Shown here: positions 26,858 through 40,271 of the stretch, in pieces | Numbering within the stretch: the first letter of the stretch is position 1 | Layout: every line of letters begins with the position of its first letter | Assembly (NCBI RefSeq): GCF_006345805.1 | Contig: NC_043008.1 | Coordinates: 22,692,001 to 22,756,000, forward strand | DNA length: 64,000 bases | Source of the DNA: Octopus sinensis | Taxonomy: Eukaryota | Direction of reading: 5' to 3' | Notes under the pieces: generated by a model | Seen by the model: the letters and a program-made list of their open reading frames with translations, nothing else | Databases searched by the model: none | Told to the model about the DNA's origin: nothing | Translations under genes and position numbers: made by a program

Positions 26858-27144
26858 GAGAAACGACATCCGGTATAGTTGGAGCAAAATAGAGATATCC
26901 GGTATTGGTATTGGTGGTGGGGGTGGGTAGGGCGGGCGCGCCGCGAAGAACCGGCAGCCAATTTCTAATCAGCCCTGTAAGGGAGATAGATCTTAAATAT
27001 CTATAACGATAACTAGTGAATTATACAGAATATGCAAAAACGAGGCGAGGCTGAAATAGTAAACAGAGTGGCGACTAGGGGGATCAGAATAATAATAATT
27101 AATAAATAATAATAATAAATATTATATATATATATATATACATA

Positions 27145-29758
27145 CTGGGGTTTTCCAAAAATCCACCTAACCATTAGATCACCAACGGGTGTTTATTTTG
27201 ATGGGTGGTTATTTGTGGTTAAAAGTTGAAACAGAGTTAGCGTTCTTGTTTGCATTCTGTTTAGACGTTCATTTGCTCTGTTCGGCACTAGCCGTATTTC
27301 GTCGGAGGAGTAATATAACACTCTTTTATTGATTACTGCTATCTGATAGTTTATCGGCTGCACTACGCCACTTGTCTGATCCAATTATATTTGTCGTCAT
27401 TGTTATGCGATCTGATTTACTTTGAATATCTCAATTTGTAACACAAGTTCTTATTGAATGCCGATATCCAGGGAATAACCACTGTTTTGCTGTTAATGTT
27501 CCTTACATATGTCATTAGTAATTATCATTTTGCAAGCTTCACTAGGTTATTGTACAGTAAGTTTTGGTGGAATAAATATGTCTGTAGATAAATTCAAAGG
27601 ATTTTTATTCCCAATAATGGAGTTGTGAGAAAATATATCAAAATGTGTTCAACTATCACATACCTATTTCTTTACTACCCACAAGGGTCTAAACACAGAG
27701 AGGACAAACAAGGACAGACAAACGGATTAAGTCGATTATATCGACCCCAGTGTGTAACTGGTACTTATTTAATCGACCCCGGAAGGATGAAAGACAAAGT
27801 CGACCTCGGCATAATTTGAACTGAGAACTTAGCAATAGACGAAATACCTATTTCTGTACTACCCACAAGGGGCTAAATACAGAGGGGACAAACAAGGACA
27901 GACAAACGGATTAAGTCGATTATATCGACCCCAGTGTGTAACTGGTACTTAATTTATCGACCCCGAAAGGATGAAAGGCAAAGTCGACCTCGGCGGAATT
28001 TGAACTCAGAATGTAGCGGCAGACGAAACACCACTAAGCATTTTGCCAAGTGCGCTAACGATTCTGCCAGCTCGTCGTTCAACAACCACAACAACCACAT
28101 GCCATTAGTGAAAAATTGAGTGCTATTAAACGAGTGAAAGAACATTCTGGCAATTTATCTGCTGCGTCAAGAGATTTAGGTATTGATAGAAAACAATTGA
28201 GAGAATGATGCACAAAAGAAACTGAGTTAATCAATATGCCAGACAAGAGGGAGCACAGATCAATTTGTGGAGGTAGAGGACCAGCAAATAGGGATCTAGA
28301 GATTGAACTCTTACAGTGGGTTGCTGTTCAGTGTGCAAACTATATAATTGTAAATTATCACCGTTTACGGGGATATGCTTTTGAATTGGTAACAAAGTTT
28401 GGAATTGAAATGAATGGCTTTAGATGTTCTGATAAATGGATTTTCAATTTCATGAAACAGAATAAACTGACTGGGAGAAAGATTACACATGTTGGTCAAG
28501 CAGACAATAAAACACTTGGAGAAAAGGCACAAATCGCCAGTGACTATTGAGATAGCTTTCCAGTGTTAACAGCAGATAAGGGTGCTGACCAGATTTATAA
28601 TATGGATGAAACACCTGTATACATTGACATGTTGAGTTCAACGACCATAGAATTTATTGGCAATAAAAATGTAGATGCTAGCCACTGTGGTGCTACCAAA
28701 GCTCGTTTTACTGACGTGCAGTGTGTTAATCCTGCAGGAAAGGTGTTGAAAACAATGATTATCCTTAAAAGATTGAAAAACGTGCCTAAAATCAAGGTCC
28801 CGAAGACTATTTACTTAACAGTCTCCAACAGGGGATCAATCACATATGAATTCATGCAGCTATGGGCTGACAAAGTGTTTGGGCAGAGAACAGCACAACT
28901 ACTCCATGCTCAAAATTCAGTGCTATTATTCATGGATGAATGCTCAGTGCACAAGAAAACAGAGCTCCTAGAAGCGTTCAAACGTAGGAAAACAATTCTC
29001 AAACTTATACCTCCTAAAACAACATCGTACTTGCAGCCATTAGATGTATCAATTAATGGTCGTTTCAAGGAAGCCCTTTGTACTGAATGAAAGAATTGGT
29101 TTTCAAATAGCAAAAAGGAGTATACGAATAAAGGATGTCGCAAAAAACCTTTTTATCAAGAGATAGTGAACTTTGTGGCCCAAGTTGTTGCCACTTTAAA
29201 GAAAGAAACTATAAAGCGTGCTTTTGAATGTTGTGGAATTGCTCCTCGTGGACAGACTGAAGAACATAGCCTCTTAAACTCACGCTTACAGGATGTTTTG
29301 TCTGGCCTGAGGTAAATGTGCCAGATGCACATAATGACAAAATTGAAGAAGAAGATGAGATACAAGTAAATGAAATTAGCTCTGATGTGAATTATGGCCA
29401 AGCAACAAATGAAGAAATTTGTGATATTTAACTTTAAACTATTTGGTTATTATTCTACCATAAAAGCCCAAGGACATTATTTCTTCATACGAGGCTTCTA
29501 TTCATGTTTTCAACAGTTTAATTTTCAATATTTCCTAATAGATCAATTGCTAACTTCAGAATAATTTTTAATATGCTACTTCTCTTAAGGCTGTTTCAGT
29601 TTCTTTATGTCTATATATCTGATAACTGAAACGATATAAGTTCAATGGAATTCTATAAAATAAATATGGTTTATGAGAATATCATTGCTTTTCCTAGGCG
29701 AAATATTTTAATTTCATTTTACCGCCCTTGAGCGCAGTGGATTTTCGGAAAACTCCAG
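27145..29758 (+). mobile_element. pogo/Tigger-family DNA transposon with both TIRs and TA TSD; transposase pseudogenised
   Basis: TIRs CTGGGGTTTTCCAAAAATCCAC (27145-27166) and GTGGATTTTCGGAAAACTCCAG (29737-29758), each flanked by TA. HTH/CENP-B-like regions (EKLSAIKRVKE..GNLSAASRDLGIDRKQLRE; FRCSDKWIFNFMK) and a DDE_1 core (NMDET, FMDECSVH, LQPLDVSIN), with premature stops. Confidence 0.92.
27659..28080 (-). mobile_element. SINE nested in the 5' part of the pogo transposase
   Basis: Reverse-oriented GAGCTGGCAGAATCGTTAGC...GTCGACTTTGCCTTTCATCCTTTCGGGGTCGATAAATTAAGTACC family with a duplicated 3' half. Confidence 0.85.
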
Positions 29759-30028
29759 TACATATATATATACATACATAAATATATACATATATGAATA
29801 TATATGTATGCATGTGTGTATGTATAGTGTGTATATATATATATAAATATATTTGCCATATATTTGTCTTTTTCATTCTCTCTTTATTTTCTTTTAATCC
29901 TTTCTGTTCAAGTGCATAGGCTCAAAATGTAAAAGTCTTTTTCATTTTACCCCGAGCCTCAAACTAATACACTTGCTTGTTGTTTAAGCACCTGTCCTCG
30001 TCTTTTGTTTCCTATAAATTTCAACTAC

Positions 30029-30059
<31 letters not shown>

Positions 30060-30060
30060 A

Positions 30061-31390
30061 GGTAGAAAGTATGGTAGGTGATTACACGTTGAATATATAT
30101 GGAAAGAAATAAGATGAAAAAACACAGAAGATTTGTGTTAAAAGACTAAATATATAAGAATCATAATAGTAAAAGTATTATACAATATTGTACAAAAGAT
30201 TTTTTTCTTCCAACATAATAACCAGTTTCATTATTGCTTTTCAAATTATGAGTTTTGGATGAATTTCTGAATTAGACATTTTGTTTGCTGGGGGAATAAT
30301 TGGTAACCAAGGTAGTTTACAGTAAAGGGGAGGTAAATCTATCATTTTTTATACTGATCTACATTTGATTCTTATAATAGTTGGGGATTCAACCTTTAAC
30401 CTTGCAAGAAGGATTTGCACCATAGTGTCCGAAAAAAAATGCCAAAGAACGAAGATTGCAAGAGTTTAAAAATGTACTTCGGGACAGACACTATCCAATT
30501 CAACTCGTAAATGAAGGGATTAAACATGCAAAATCCATTGACATAAAATCATTAAGAGAAGTTGAACACAATAACACACCCACTCTGAAAACACTACCGT
30601 ATGTCTCCACATAGAACCCCAGAAACAAAGAAGCATTTAACATCATTGTCCCAAATCTCCCAATACTCCATAAGGACTCCAAACTGAAGGGAATTCTACA
30701 TACCCATAAAATCATTAAAAGTGGTAAACAACCAAATGCATTAAAGAAAATCCTCACAAATGCTAAATTATTTCCAAGGATAACAGATGCAAGAGTAAAA
30801 AAGTGTGCTTGTTCTAACTGTGGAACATGTCCCAGTCTTTTGGAAGGATCAGAAATCCATTTTAGACAGGGGCAAAAATTCAAAGTTAAATCCAGCTTCA
30901 CTTGCACCTCTGAAAATCTCATCTATGTTATCAAATGCTTGAGCTGCCATAAAAACTATATAGGATTGACAAGAATGTCAATCAGATGGAAATGTACAGT
31001 TCACAGATAACAGACATCCTCCCCACAATATCGCCAGATATATCTCAGTGAACACATTGACAGATGTGCAAAAAAACAGCAACCACAATTCCTAATCTTC
31101 CCATTATAACAATTTGCTACTTTGATCTCAACACAAGTGAGACTAAATAAGGAAGCCTTGTTTATCAAAAAGTATAAGCCGGAATTAAATATAAACCCAT
31201 ATTGAACATTAAAGATTTAACCCCAACAATTGTAAGAATCAAATGTAAAGCAATAATGAAACCGGTTACTATGTTGGAAAACGAAATCTTATTTTGCATA
31301 ATATTGTATAATACTTTTACTGTTACAATTCTAATATATTCTTGAGTCTTTTAAAACAATTGTGTGTTTCTTCATCTCATTTCATTCTGT
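30061..31390 (+). mobile_element. Penelope-like element remnant: GIY-YIG endonuclease end with an inverted pseudo-LTR copy
   Basis: KKCACSNCGTC...FTCTSENLIYVIKCLSCHKNYIGLT...H...EALFIKKYKPELN at about 30800-31205; 30120-30240 is the reverse complement of 31245-31370. Confidence 0.88.
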
Positions 31391-31583
31391 ATATATATAT
31401 CAATGTAATATATACACAATATATATACATACATATATACACACACACATATATATATATATACATACATGCATATACATATATGCATATAGAAGACAAC
31501 TGCCCTAGGTGCCACACAGTGGGACTGAACCCGGAACCATGTGGTGGGTAAGCAAGCTACTTACCACACAGCCATGCCTGCAC

Positions 31584-31621
<38 letters not shown>

Positions 31622-32648
31622 TTCCTTTCGGAAATACTGATTGGACACAGACACTGTGTCGTTAGCCAGCTTGAGGTGATGTTTTCCTGGGGCTATAAAC
31701 TACAGTAACATTGTCTCATATGAGTCAGCCACATTTAGGTGGCAAATATACTTCACAATGTTGTGCTGCTACTGTTTACATCTTGCTCAGAGATATTTAT
31801 TATTGCTTATATATATATATACACATATATACATATATATATTTATACATATATATAGATACATATATGTATACATACATATATATATATAACATACATA
31901 TATATACATATAGATACACATACGTACATATATAGACATATATATTTATACATATATATACATACATATATGTATACATATATATATATACATATATGTA
32001 TACATATATATATACATATAAAAATAGAAATTACTCAATGCTGTCTGCTTCATACAATATACACCGACACACACGCACACACAATCTCTCTTTAACCTTA
32101 CATGGCAATTTGATGGCTTTTCTTATTATTGTTGTTATTGTCCCTTCTTCAAAAAAGACATGAATCACCCGTCATATGTATACATATATATATACATATA
32201 AATATATATACATACATACATATATACACACACATATATATATATATATAACATACATACACCTTGTATTTCAGGATGGTCGTTTCTTTTGGGCAAAATA
32301 AACACATGCACTATATATATATATATTTGTTCTTCACTCTTTTATTACAGTTCTTATTCTAACTCATGTCCATTGTTGGGAAATCTTTCATCACACACCT
32401 GTGACCTCCTCAGCAACACTTTCCAGCTTCATGTATACTCTTGCTCTGCTTATTCCATTCTGTTCTTCTATGATGTGTATCCTTATATGTGCATGTGTCT
32501 GTGTTTGTACATGTGTGTGTGTGTGTGTGTGTATGTCATTGTTATTAGTACCACTATGACCCTCCCCTCAGCCCCTCTGCTGCCTCCTTGAATCTAACTT
32601 TTTGTACTGTATATATATATATATATAGACACACACACACACACATGC

Positions 32649-32679
<31 letters not shown>

Positions 32680-33350
32680 AATATATATACACACACACAT
32701 ACATACACACACACATATATTTGAGAGTGTATATAAATGTTTGTATAGTACATGTATGTATATTTATATACACAGATACACAAATGCACATACGGGTGTA
32801 CATGTGGGGTAAACACACACGGGTGCACAAGCAAAAGAAAATATACCACAAGAATGTCACATGTTGAAAAATAGAAATTACTCAATGCTGTCTGCTTCAG
32901 ACAATATACACAGACACACAGACACACACAATCTCTCTTTGACCTCACATGGCAATTTGATGGCCTTTCTTATTATTGTTGTTATTGTCCCTTTTTCAAA
33001 AAACGACATGAATCACCCGCCAGCTTCCTGCTCTAGTTAGGAACACAAAATAGAAGTATAAATAATATCGGATGCATTTTACTTCCTCTCCAATCCAACC
33101 ACAACCACCGCAGAGACATACAGAATTACAGGAGTGACTGTGACGTTTGGAAGTTTGCCTTTTGCGAAAACCATGGTGCTGGGTTCAATCTCCCCGCTGC
33201 ATGAGACCTGGGGCAAAAGCTCCATGCCATCGCTCTGGGGTGACTCAAGGAGCAGGGGAATGGATCAAACCCATGAAGAAGTCCAACAAACAAACATACA
33301 TACATGTTGTATAAGTATGTGTGTGCATGTGTATGTGTGCCTGTGTGTGT

Positions 33351-33382
<32 letters not shown>

Positions 33383-33449
33383 CATATATATATACATACA
33401 TATATATATACATACATATATATATACATACATATATATACATATATAT

Positions 33450-33486
<37 letters not shown>

Positions 33487-34206
33487 GCATCATAAAGAGA
33501 CACATGTAGGTTCTGCTTTGCTACAAGTCCTCAATAAATATTTGTCAATTGTGAATTATTTATGGCTAAAAATACAAGTTTATTGACTGCAGAGTAGATT
33601 CTTTGTTGTAAAACATCAAGGAAATTTGTGCCAGCTCACTGAGTTACAATATATGCATTGATGTATGAATGCTAGTAAATACTGTGTGCATGCACATGTG
33701 ATGTGTGTGTATATGTTACACATATAAGGGAGAACAGGAAGGAGGGGTTAGAGAGGAAGACGATTAGGAGCGGACTACTAGACACGGCTGTAATATTTTC
33801 ACAACGCATAATCATGAAGCTGGAAGGTACAGTAGGAGGGCAAGCAGGACATTTTAGAAATAGCAACAGCAGAGGACAGACTAAAAAAGGGGGAGGAATG
33901 GAAAATGGCTCCTGTCTCAAAGTAACAGGGAATACATAGATTTTCCTTTAGAGACAGGTAGGGTAAGGTGAAGCTTTCGTTTCCCTCCGACTTTCTTTTC
34001 ATCTCTCTCTCTCCCAAGGCACCCCCCCCCTCACACACTGCATGTAACAATGGCCAAATGACTAATTTCACTCAATCCCAACTCCACTACCGCCGCTGAC
34101 GCCACTACCACCAACCACCAACCACCACCACCACCACCACCACACCACCACCACCACTGCCGCCGCCACTGTGACCAGGGGACAGCCTCTCCACCCCACC
34201 AGGCCA

Positions 34207-34395
34207 TTAGGTGTGGTAAAGAGCCAAGGCTATAATAACACAAATGAAGGCACAACCAAAGTAGATGTTCAGCTGGAGATTGAAGATGAGGATGGAAAGT
34301 ACAGTGGTGATGAGCATAGCACAGGAGATGATAAATAGACGAGTGATGTTGCTGGCGTGTTTCATGACGGCGGACATGATGAGACCATTGACAGC
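34207..34395 (-). CDS. SLC35A4: SLC35A4-like terminal coding exon
   Basis: CATTTCAG acceptor; AVNGLIMSAVMKHASNITRLFIISCAMLITTVLSILIFNLQLNIYFGCAFICVIIALALYHT*. NGL.MSAVMKH.S.ITRLF matches my recollection of the vertebrate SLC35A4 C-terminus specifically. Confidence 0.93.
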   Translation of the reverse strand, partial: AVNGLIMSAVMKHASNITRLFIISCAMLITTVLSILIFNLQLNIYFGCAFICVIIALALYHT

Positions 34396-36912
34396 CTGAA
34401 ATGACAAGTTACAGAGAAAACATTTGACAACAGAAAAAACTCTAAAAAAAGTAAAAATTAAATTTAAAAAAAAAACAAAAAAACTACAGACTTATGGTTA
34501 GCATATATAGATTCAGGTTCAATTTCAATGCATGGCACCTTATTCTAATGTCTTTTACGAAAGCATTACACTGACTGGATAACTTGTGAGTGGAATTTGG
34601 TAGAAGAAAACTGTGCCAAAACATGTTGTGTGTGTGTGTGTGTGAGTATAGATTGCAGTATTTGGTTCCAACCAAGTTATCTTCCTTTTACACCAAAAGT
34701 AGAATTTCACTATCGGACAAAAAGGGGTGGATAAAATAAATGCCACAGCAAAAGGTCCAGGCCTTGTTGCAGTGAAGTGGCTTGTGTGCCTCAGCAACCC
34801 CGAGAGCCATGCCAGTGGAGCACAAACTCCTTGACCCCCCCCCCCACCTGCCATATCCCCACCATTGCAGGATAAGTCAAAGGATAAGAAGCCAAACAAA
34901 TACAGACTTATTCTTCCCAGGGCCAACACCCCAACTTAAAAACAGAGCAAGGTTACAGAAGCATTGATTTTTTCTTTTTTGCCAACAACTTGCAGACGCA
35001 AGTTCCACCAGTTGAAAGCTCCACCACATACCAGATGGTAGCAAGTTTATGGGGCCATCAGAAGAGAATACGTGTTGCTTCAGGGCCTACCTCTCTACGG
35101 CATCACTGCATACCAACCCCATCTCACTGAAATGAGGTTCCACTTACTCCAGCAACTGGTTACTCAGTTCTGCTCAATATTCATTGCTCATCATATCGTT
35201 TAACCCTTTCATTACCATATTTCTGTTGAGATGCTCTGTGTTTCTTTCAATTATTTTAAATATAACAAAGAATTTAGTAAAATAACTTTGCTACCATCAA
35301 GTTAGTGTTAGGAACATAAATTGAGACTAAGGTTTTGTGGAAGATTTTAATTTCAAAACTTAAGAAAACAAGACATTTGTACTACAGAGCCAGAGGCGGT
35401 TTTGGCCAGGTTGGTAATGAAAGAGTTAATCCAAATCCAGTGGCTTGCCTTTTCCACTGTAGTCTGGATATCAGTGATGGTGGTATTTGCGTTACAATGA
35501 CCTTGTGGTGATGGCATTTATTTTATTCACCTCTATTCGCCTGATGGTGAAATTCTACTTTGGTGCAAAGGAAGATAACTTGGTTGGAACCAAATACTGC
35601 AATATATTTTTTTTATCTTATGCTCACACACACATCATGTTTTGGCACAGTTTTCTTCTATCTAATTCAAAGCCAACAAGACTTTAGAGAGGAAGGCCTT
35701 CTCTTGAGGGCAAATGGAAAGTCAAGAATAACAGAGACAAGTCATAAGCAAGTATAATTAATAACGGAACAAAGCATTGAGTCCAAGGCAAAATATGTTT
35801 GGGGACAGTAGCCCTATTTAATACATTTCTTTCAGTTCCTCTACCTTCTGGGTCCAAATGAAGTCCATGAGTCACTTCAGTGACTGGAAACCAGTCGAAA
35901 ATAAAGAGAGAAAAAATAAAGTGCAAACATTTTACTTTAGATTTGCATTGTTCTCTGTCACATGACACAGAGTCATCAAAGTGACACAGGACCTTCGACA
36001 CACAGCACATTAACATCACCAACAGAATTGGAAAACCCACTTTTATAAGATCATGATTAATTATTAGTCATTACTAATGTCACAAGGTGACTGGAGTTAA
36101 TCATCCAGTTATACCTATTTCACTTGAAATTGTAAATATAAATACATTTAGTAGCTGATTGTTAAAAATAACTATTAGTTAATTAGCTCATATAAATTTA
36201 TGAAATTTAATTATAAGAGAATAATACTTTACATATGGCTCAGTCATCCCCTTTAAACTGAATTATATTATTTTCCCTCTTTTAATTCATGATATGTCTT
36301 AACTTGTCAATTATATCTATATATATAAAGCTGAAGTTGTCTGTGTATGGCAGGTTTGGTAGCCTTCAACTAACACTATCTCTTCCGAGACCCTGCGGTG
36401 CAAGTTGACCAAAATTGAGAGTATGATAGAAGAAGGCTTGCTCTTCCTTCCATAGAAGAAAACATTCAAATCAGACCATGCTAACACCAAAAATTATTTA
36501 CATCAAAAAGGTGCTTTTTTTTTCTATGAAAATCCCTAATTTTTTACGATTTTTTTACTGCTGTGTCGCCATTTTTCAGTGTATTTCAACCTGAAAAATG
36601 TTCACTTAAAGAGAATAACAAGCTACATAAGGCAATATTTTTACTTTTCAAAAATTCCAATTCTAAAGGTTCGAAAAGAAAACAAGCCCGAGCAACGCTG
36701 GGCTATACTGCTAGTCTGGTATAATAAAAATAATATTCTATAACAACCGAAAAAATGATAACTAAATTAAAATGAAATAAAATGCAACTGGTAAAATGAT
36801 AGATAGTTTTTCTCATTGTGATGATGATGATGATGCAAAATTATGAAAAAAAAAGAAGAAAAATTATGAAAAAAAAAAGAAAAGAAAAAGAAACCCAGCA
36901 ATATATCCTTAC

Positions 36913-36971
36913 TTGAGTAATGATAATGATCCATGTGTATACAGAATATCCTTTGAAAAGGGAAAAACTAT
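36913..36971 (-). CDS. SLC35A4: SLC35A4-like coding exon
   Basis: CATTTTCAG acceptor; (D)SFSLFKGYSVYTWIIIITQ; GTAAGG donor; phase 1/0. Contains the F.GY...TW motif. Confidence 0.9.
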
Positions 36972-37635
36972 CTGAAAATGTATGAGAGAAGAAATAAAAG
37001 TACAATTAGAATATCAATTTCTTAAAGATATAAGTTGAAAGAAATTTTGGTTGTCTGGCTGAAACTGTCATAATTTCAGAGGTGTACACGTCTGGCATGT
37101 AATTTGATACAAGACTGTGAGTTGAAGCTAAAATGATTACAGAGTGGAAGACACATATTAACCATTCAAAAACACACACAAAGACTTCACTTTAACGTTT
37201 ATTTTTTTTGGTGTCAAAATTTTCACTGCACTGGCTGTGGAACCGGTCCCTGACACAGTTCCAATGCAGCTTTAAAATGTTTCTTGCTGAGATTGGAAAC
37301 AACAACAACAGGAATGAAAGAAATGAAAATATCTGATGCAAATTGCTTTAACAAAGATTAAAAAAATCTAGAAATTTGGTGTCTTCAGGATGCAAGAGTT
37401 TATGAGCTGCTAAATATTTCATTCTATAAATAACAGTACAAACAGAGCTACTGGTAAGTTAGCAAGACGTACTGAGGACCGAGACAGCTGAAGGCACCAA
37501 TGGAAGATGACCGAAATGATAGCTGTCTCTAATTTAGGTATAAGGCCATTTATTTTGAGGTGGGAGTGCTAGACCGGTGCTTTATTTTATCAACCGTGGA
37601 GGGATGAAAACCACAGCTGACCTCAATGTAATTTG

Positions 37636-37714
<79 letters not shown>

Positions 37715-38582
37715 TATTATTATAAGTTGGACATAAGAAGCATCAGATGTGGTGTGTAAAAGAGACAACTCTGCTGGCTTGTCAGTCCTCAGTCAAACCG
37801 TCCAACCCATGCCAGCACTTATCTTCACACTCTGAGTTCAAATTCTGCCAAGGTCAACTTTGACTTTCATCCTTTCTGGGCTAATAAAACCAGTACCAGT
37901 TGAGAACTCGAGTCCATGTTATTGACTTATTCCCTTCCCAAAACTGCCGGCCTTGCACCAAAATTTGAAACCATTGTTGTTGTTATTATTATTATTATTA
38001 TCATTATTATCATTATTATTATTGTTATTATCATTGAATGAGAGAACAGTGCACGTAATCATAATGACACTGAGGTAGAAATATACGAAGCCCAATATAC
38101 CCATCATAACTGTCTGATAAGGCTACACCAGGCACATGCATCACAACCAATATTTGCACGACATGGTGATCTCATATCAAGATAAATGGTACATGACCTA
38201 GCAGGTGGGGCCCATTTAGAATTCTCTTCAGGTAGGGTTGCTCATCCTGCTTAAAAGGTACCTGAATAAAGGTTGTTTAAGGATGCTGAACGAAACACCC
38301 AGGTTTCCAAAGGTGAATTATTCAAACCCCAAAGAATTCCTTTCAACACATGGCTATGATGCTCCCCCACTATTTCTGCTCATGATCAGCCACTAAGGGA
38401 CATGCTCAACTGGTTAAGGTCAAACAACTGACAAGCAAATCTGTGGTATTGAGCAGAATATTTTTTTGTCACTCGTCTTTTATACCAGGACAAAACAATG
38501 TACATAACATTTCCAATCAGTTAAGATCAAAAGCCATGAGCGCCACTACCTAGAACTGCATCTATTATTATTATTATTATTA

Positions 38583-38621
<39 letters not shown>

Positions 38622-38820
38622 GGCAGCAAGCTGGTAGAATCGTTAGCACACTGGACAAAATGTTTAGCGATATTTCGTCTGCCGCTACATTCTGTTCAAA
38701 TTCTGCTGAGGTTGACTTTGCTTTCATCCTTTCGGGATCAATAAATTAACACTGGGATCAATGTAATCGACTCGTCCCCTCCCCGCAAAAATTTCAGGCC
38801 TAGTGCCTATAGTAGAAAAG

Positions 38821-38853
<33 letters not shown>

Positions 38854-39327
38854 GAGTGAGAGAGCAGTGCATGCAATCAAAGTGACACTGTGGTAAAATA
38901 TACAAAGCCCAGTATACCCATCATGACTACCCGTCTGATAAGGGTACACCAGGTATCACAATTATTATGCGCGACATGGTGATATATCAAGATTTATTCT
39001 TCTTCTTCTTATTATTATTATTAAGGTGGCGGGCTGGCCGAATCGTCAGCACACCAGGCAGAATGCTTAGCGGCATTTCGTCTGTCATTACAGTCTGAGA
39101 TCAACTTTGCCTTTCATCTTTACGGGGGGTCAATGAAATAAGTACCAGTTACATACTGGAGTCGGTGTAATCAAACTAGCCTCCTCACCCAAAAATTTCA
39201 GGCCTAGTGCCTATAGTAGAAAGGATTATTATTATTATTATTATTATTATTAATATTATTATTATTATTATTATTGGTTTTATTTTTGTGAGTGAAAAAA
39301 AAAAATTTAAAAAAACAATTATCTAAC

Positions 39328-39427
39328 CTTTTTCTTCATAATGATTGCTGGCTTGAATTGTCCACATACCAAAATTGAGTACAATACCAAAGGAATATAA
39401 TAAAATATTTTGCAAATGAAGGGAACT
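39328..39427 (-). CDS. SLC35A4: SLC35A4-like coding exon
   Basis: TTATTTTTCAG acceptor; SSLHLQNILLYSFGIVLNFGMWTIQASNHYEEK plus G; GTTAGA donor; phase 0/1. Confidence 0.9.
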
Positions 39428-39679
39428 CTGAAAAATAAAGTTAAAAATAAAATTTTAATGACTGCTCCTGAAAAAAACACATGACATGCTACACAGTGGG
39501 ACTGAACCCCAAACCACCTGGTTGGAAAGTGAGCTTCTTGACCACACAGCTATGCTTATGCCAATACACACACAGTCAACCATAGTCTTGTGAGTGGATT
39601 TGGTAGACAGAAACTAAGGTGGCACCCCAGCATGGCCACAATCTAATGACTGAAGCAAGTAAAGAGATACATATATGTA

Positions 39680-39763
<84 letters not shown>

Positions 39764-39897
39764 TGATAAAACGGTAAGATAACAAAAGAAAGAAAGAGAC
39801 CTCAATATTATGTAAATAGAGGAAATTTATCTATAGAATATGTTACATTACTCGGTAGTCTTGACTACCGAGTAATGTAACATATTGTATAGATATA

Positions 39898-39949
<52 letters not shown>

Positions 39950-40240
39950 AAGCGCAATGGCCCAGTGGTTAGGGCAGCGGACTCGTGGTCGTAGGATCGC
40001 GGTTTCGATTCCCAGACCAGGTGTTGTGGGTGTTTATTGAGCGAAAACACCTAAAACTTAACGCGGCTCCGGCAGGGGATGATGGCAATCCCTGCTGTAC
40101 TCTTTCGCCACAACTTTCTCTCACTCTTCTGTTGGCCTGCTCGCTTAGCCAGTGGGGTGGCGTCATTTGAAGGCTAAAACAATGCGAAGTGCATTGTGAC
40201 CAGCGATGTGTAGCAATGTCTGATAGCCTGGTCGGTCACA

Positions 40241-40271
<31 letters not shown>

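Noticed and set aside
35684-36040. 118-aa minus-strand ORF inside the last SLC35A4 intron
   Set aside because: No recognisable domain or splice context; the SLC35A4 exon chain is already complete and in phase across this intron.
39950-40025. tRNA-like sequences (also near 2100-2175, 8150-8225, 20235-20310 and 47320-47395)
   Set aside because: A/B boxes are present but the acceptor stem is not, and each continues into a SINE body; these are SINE heads.
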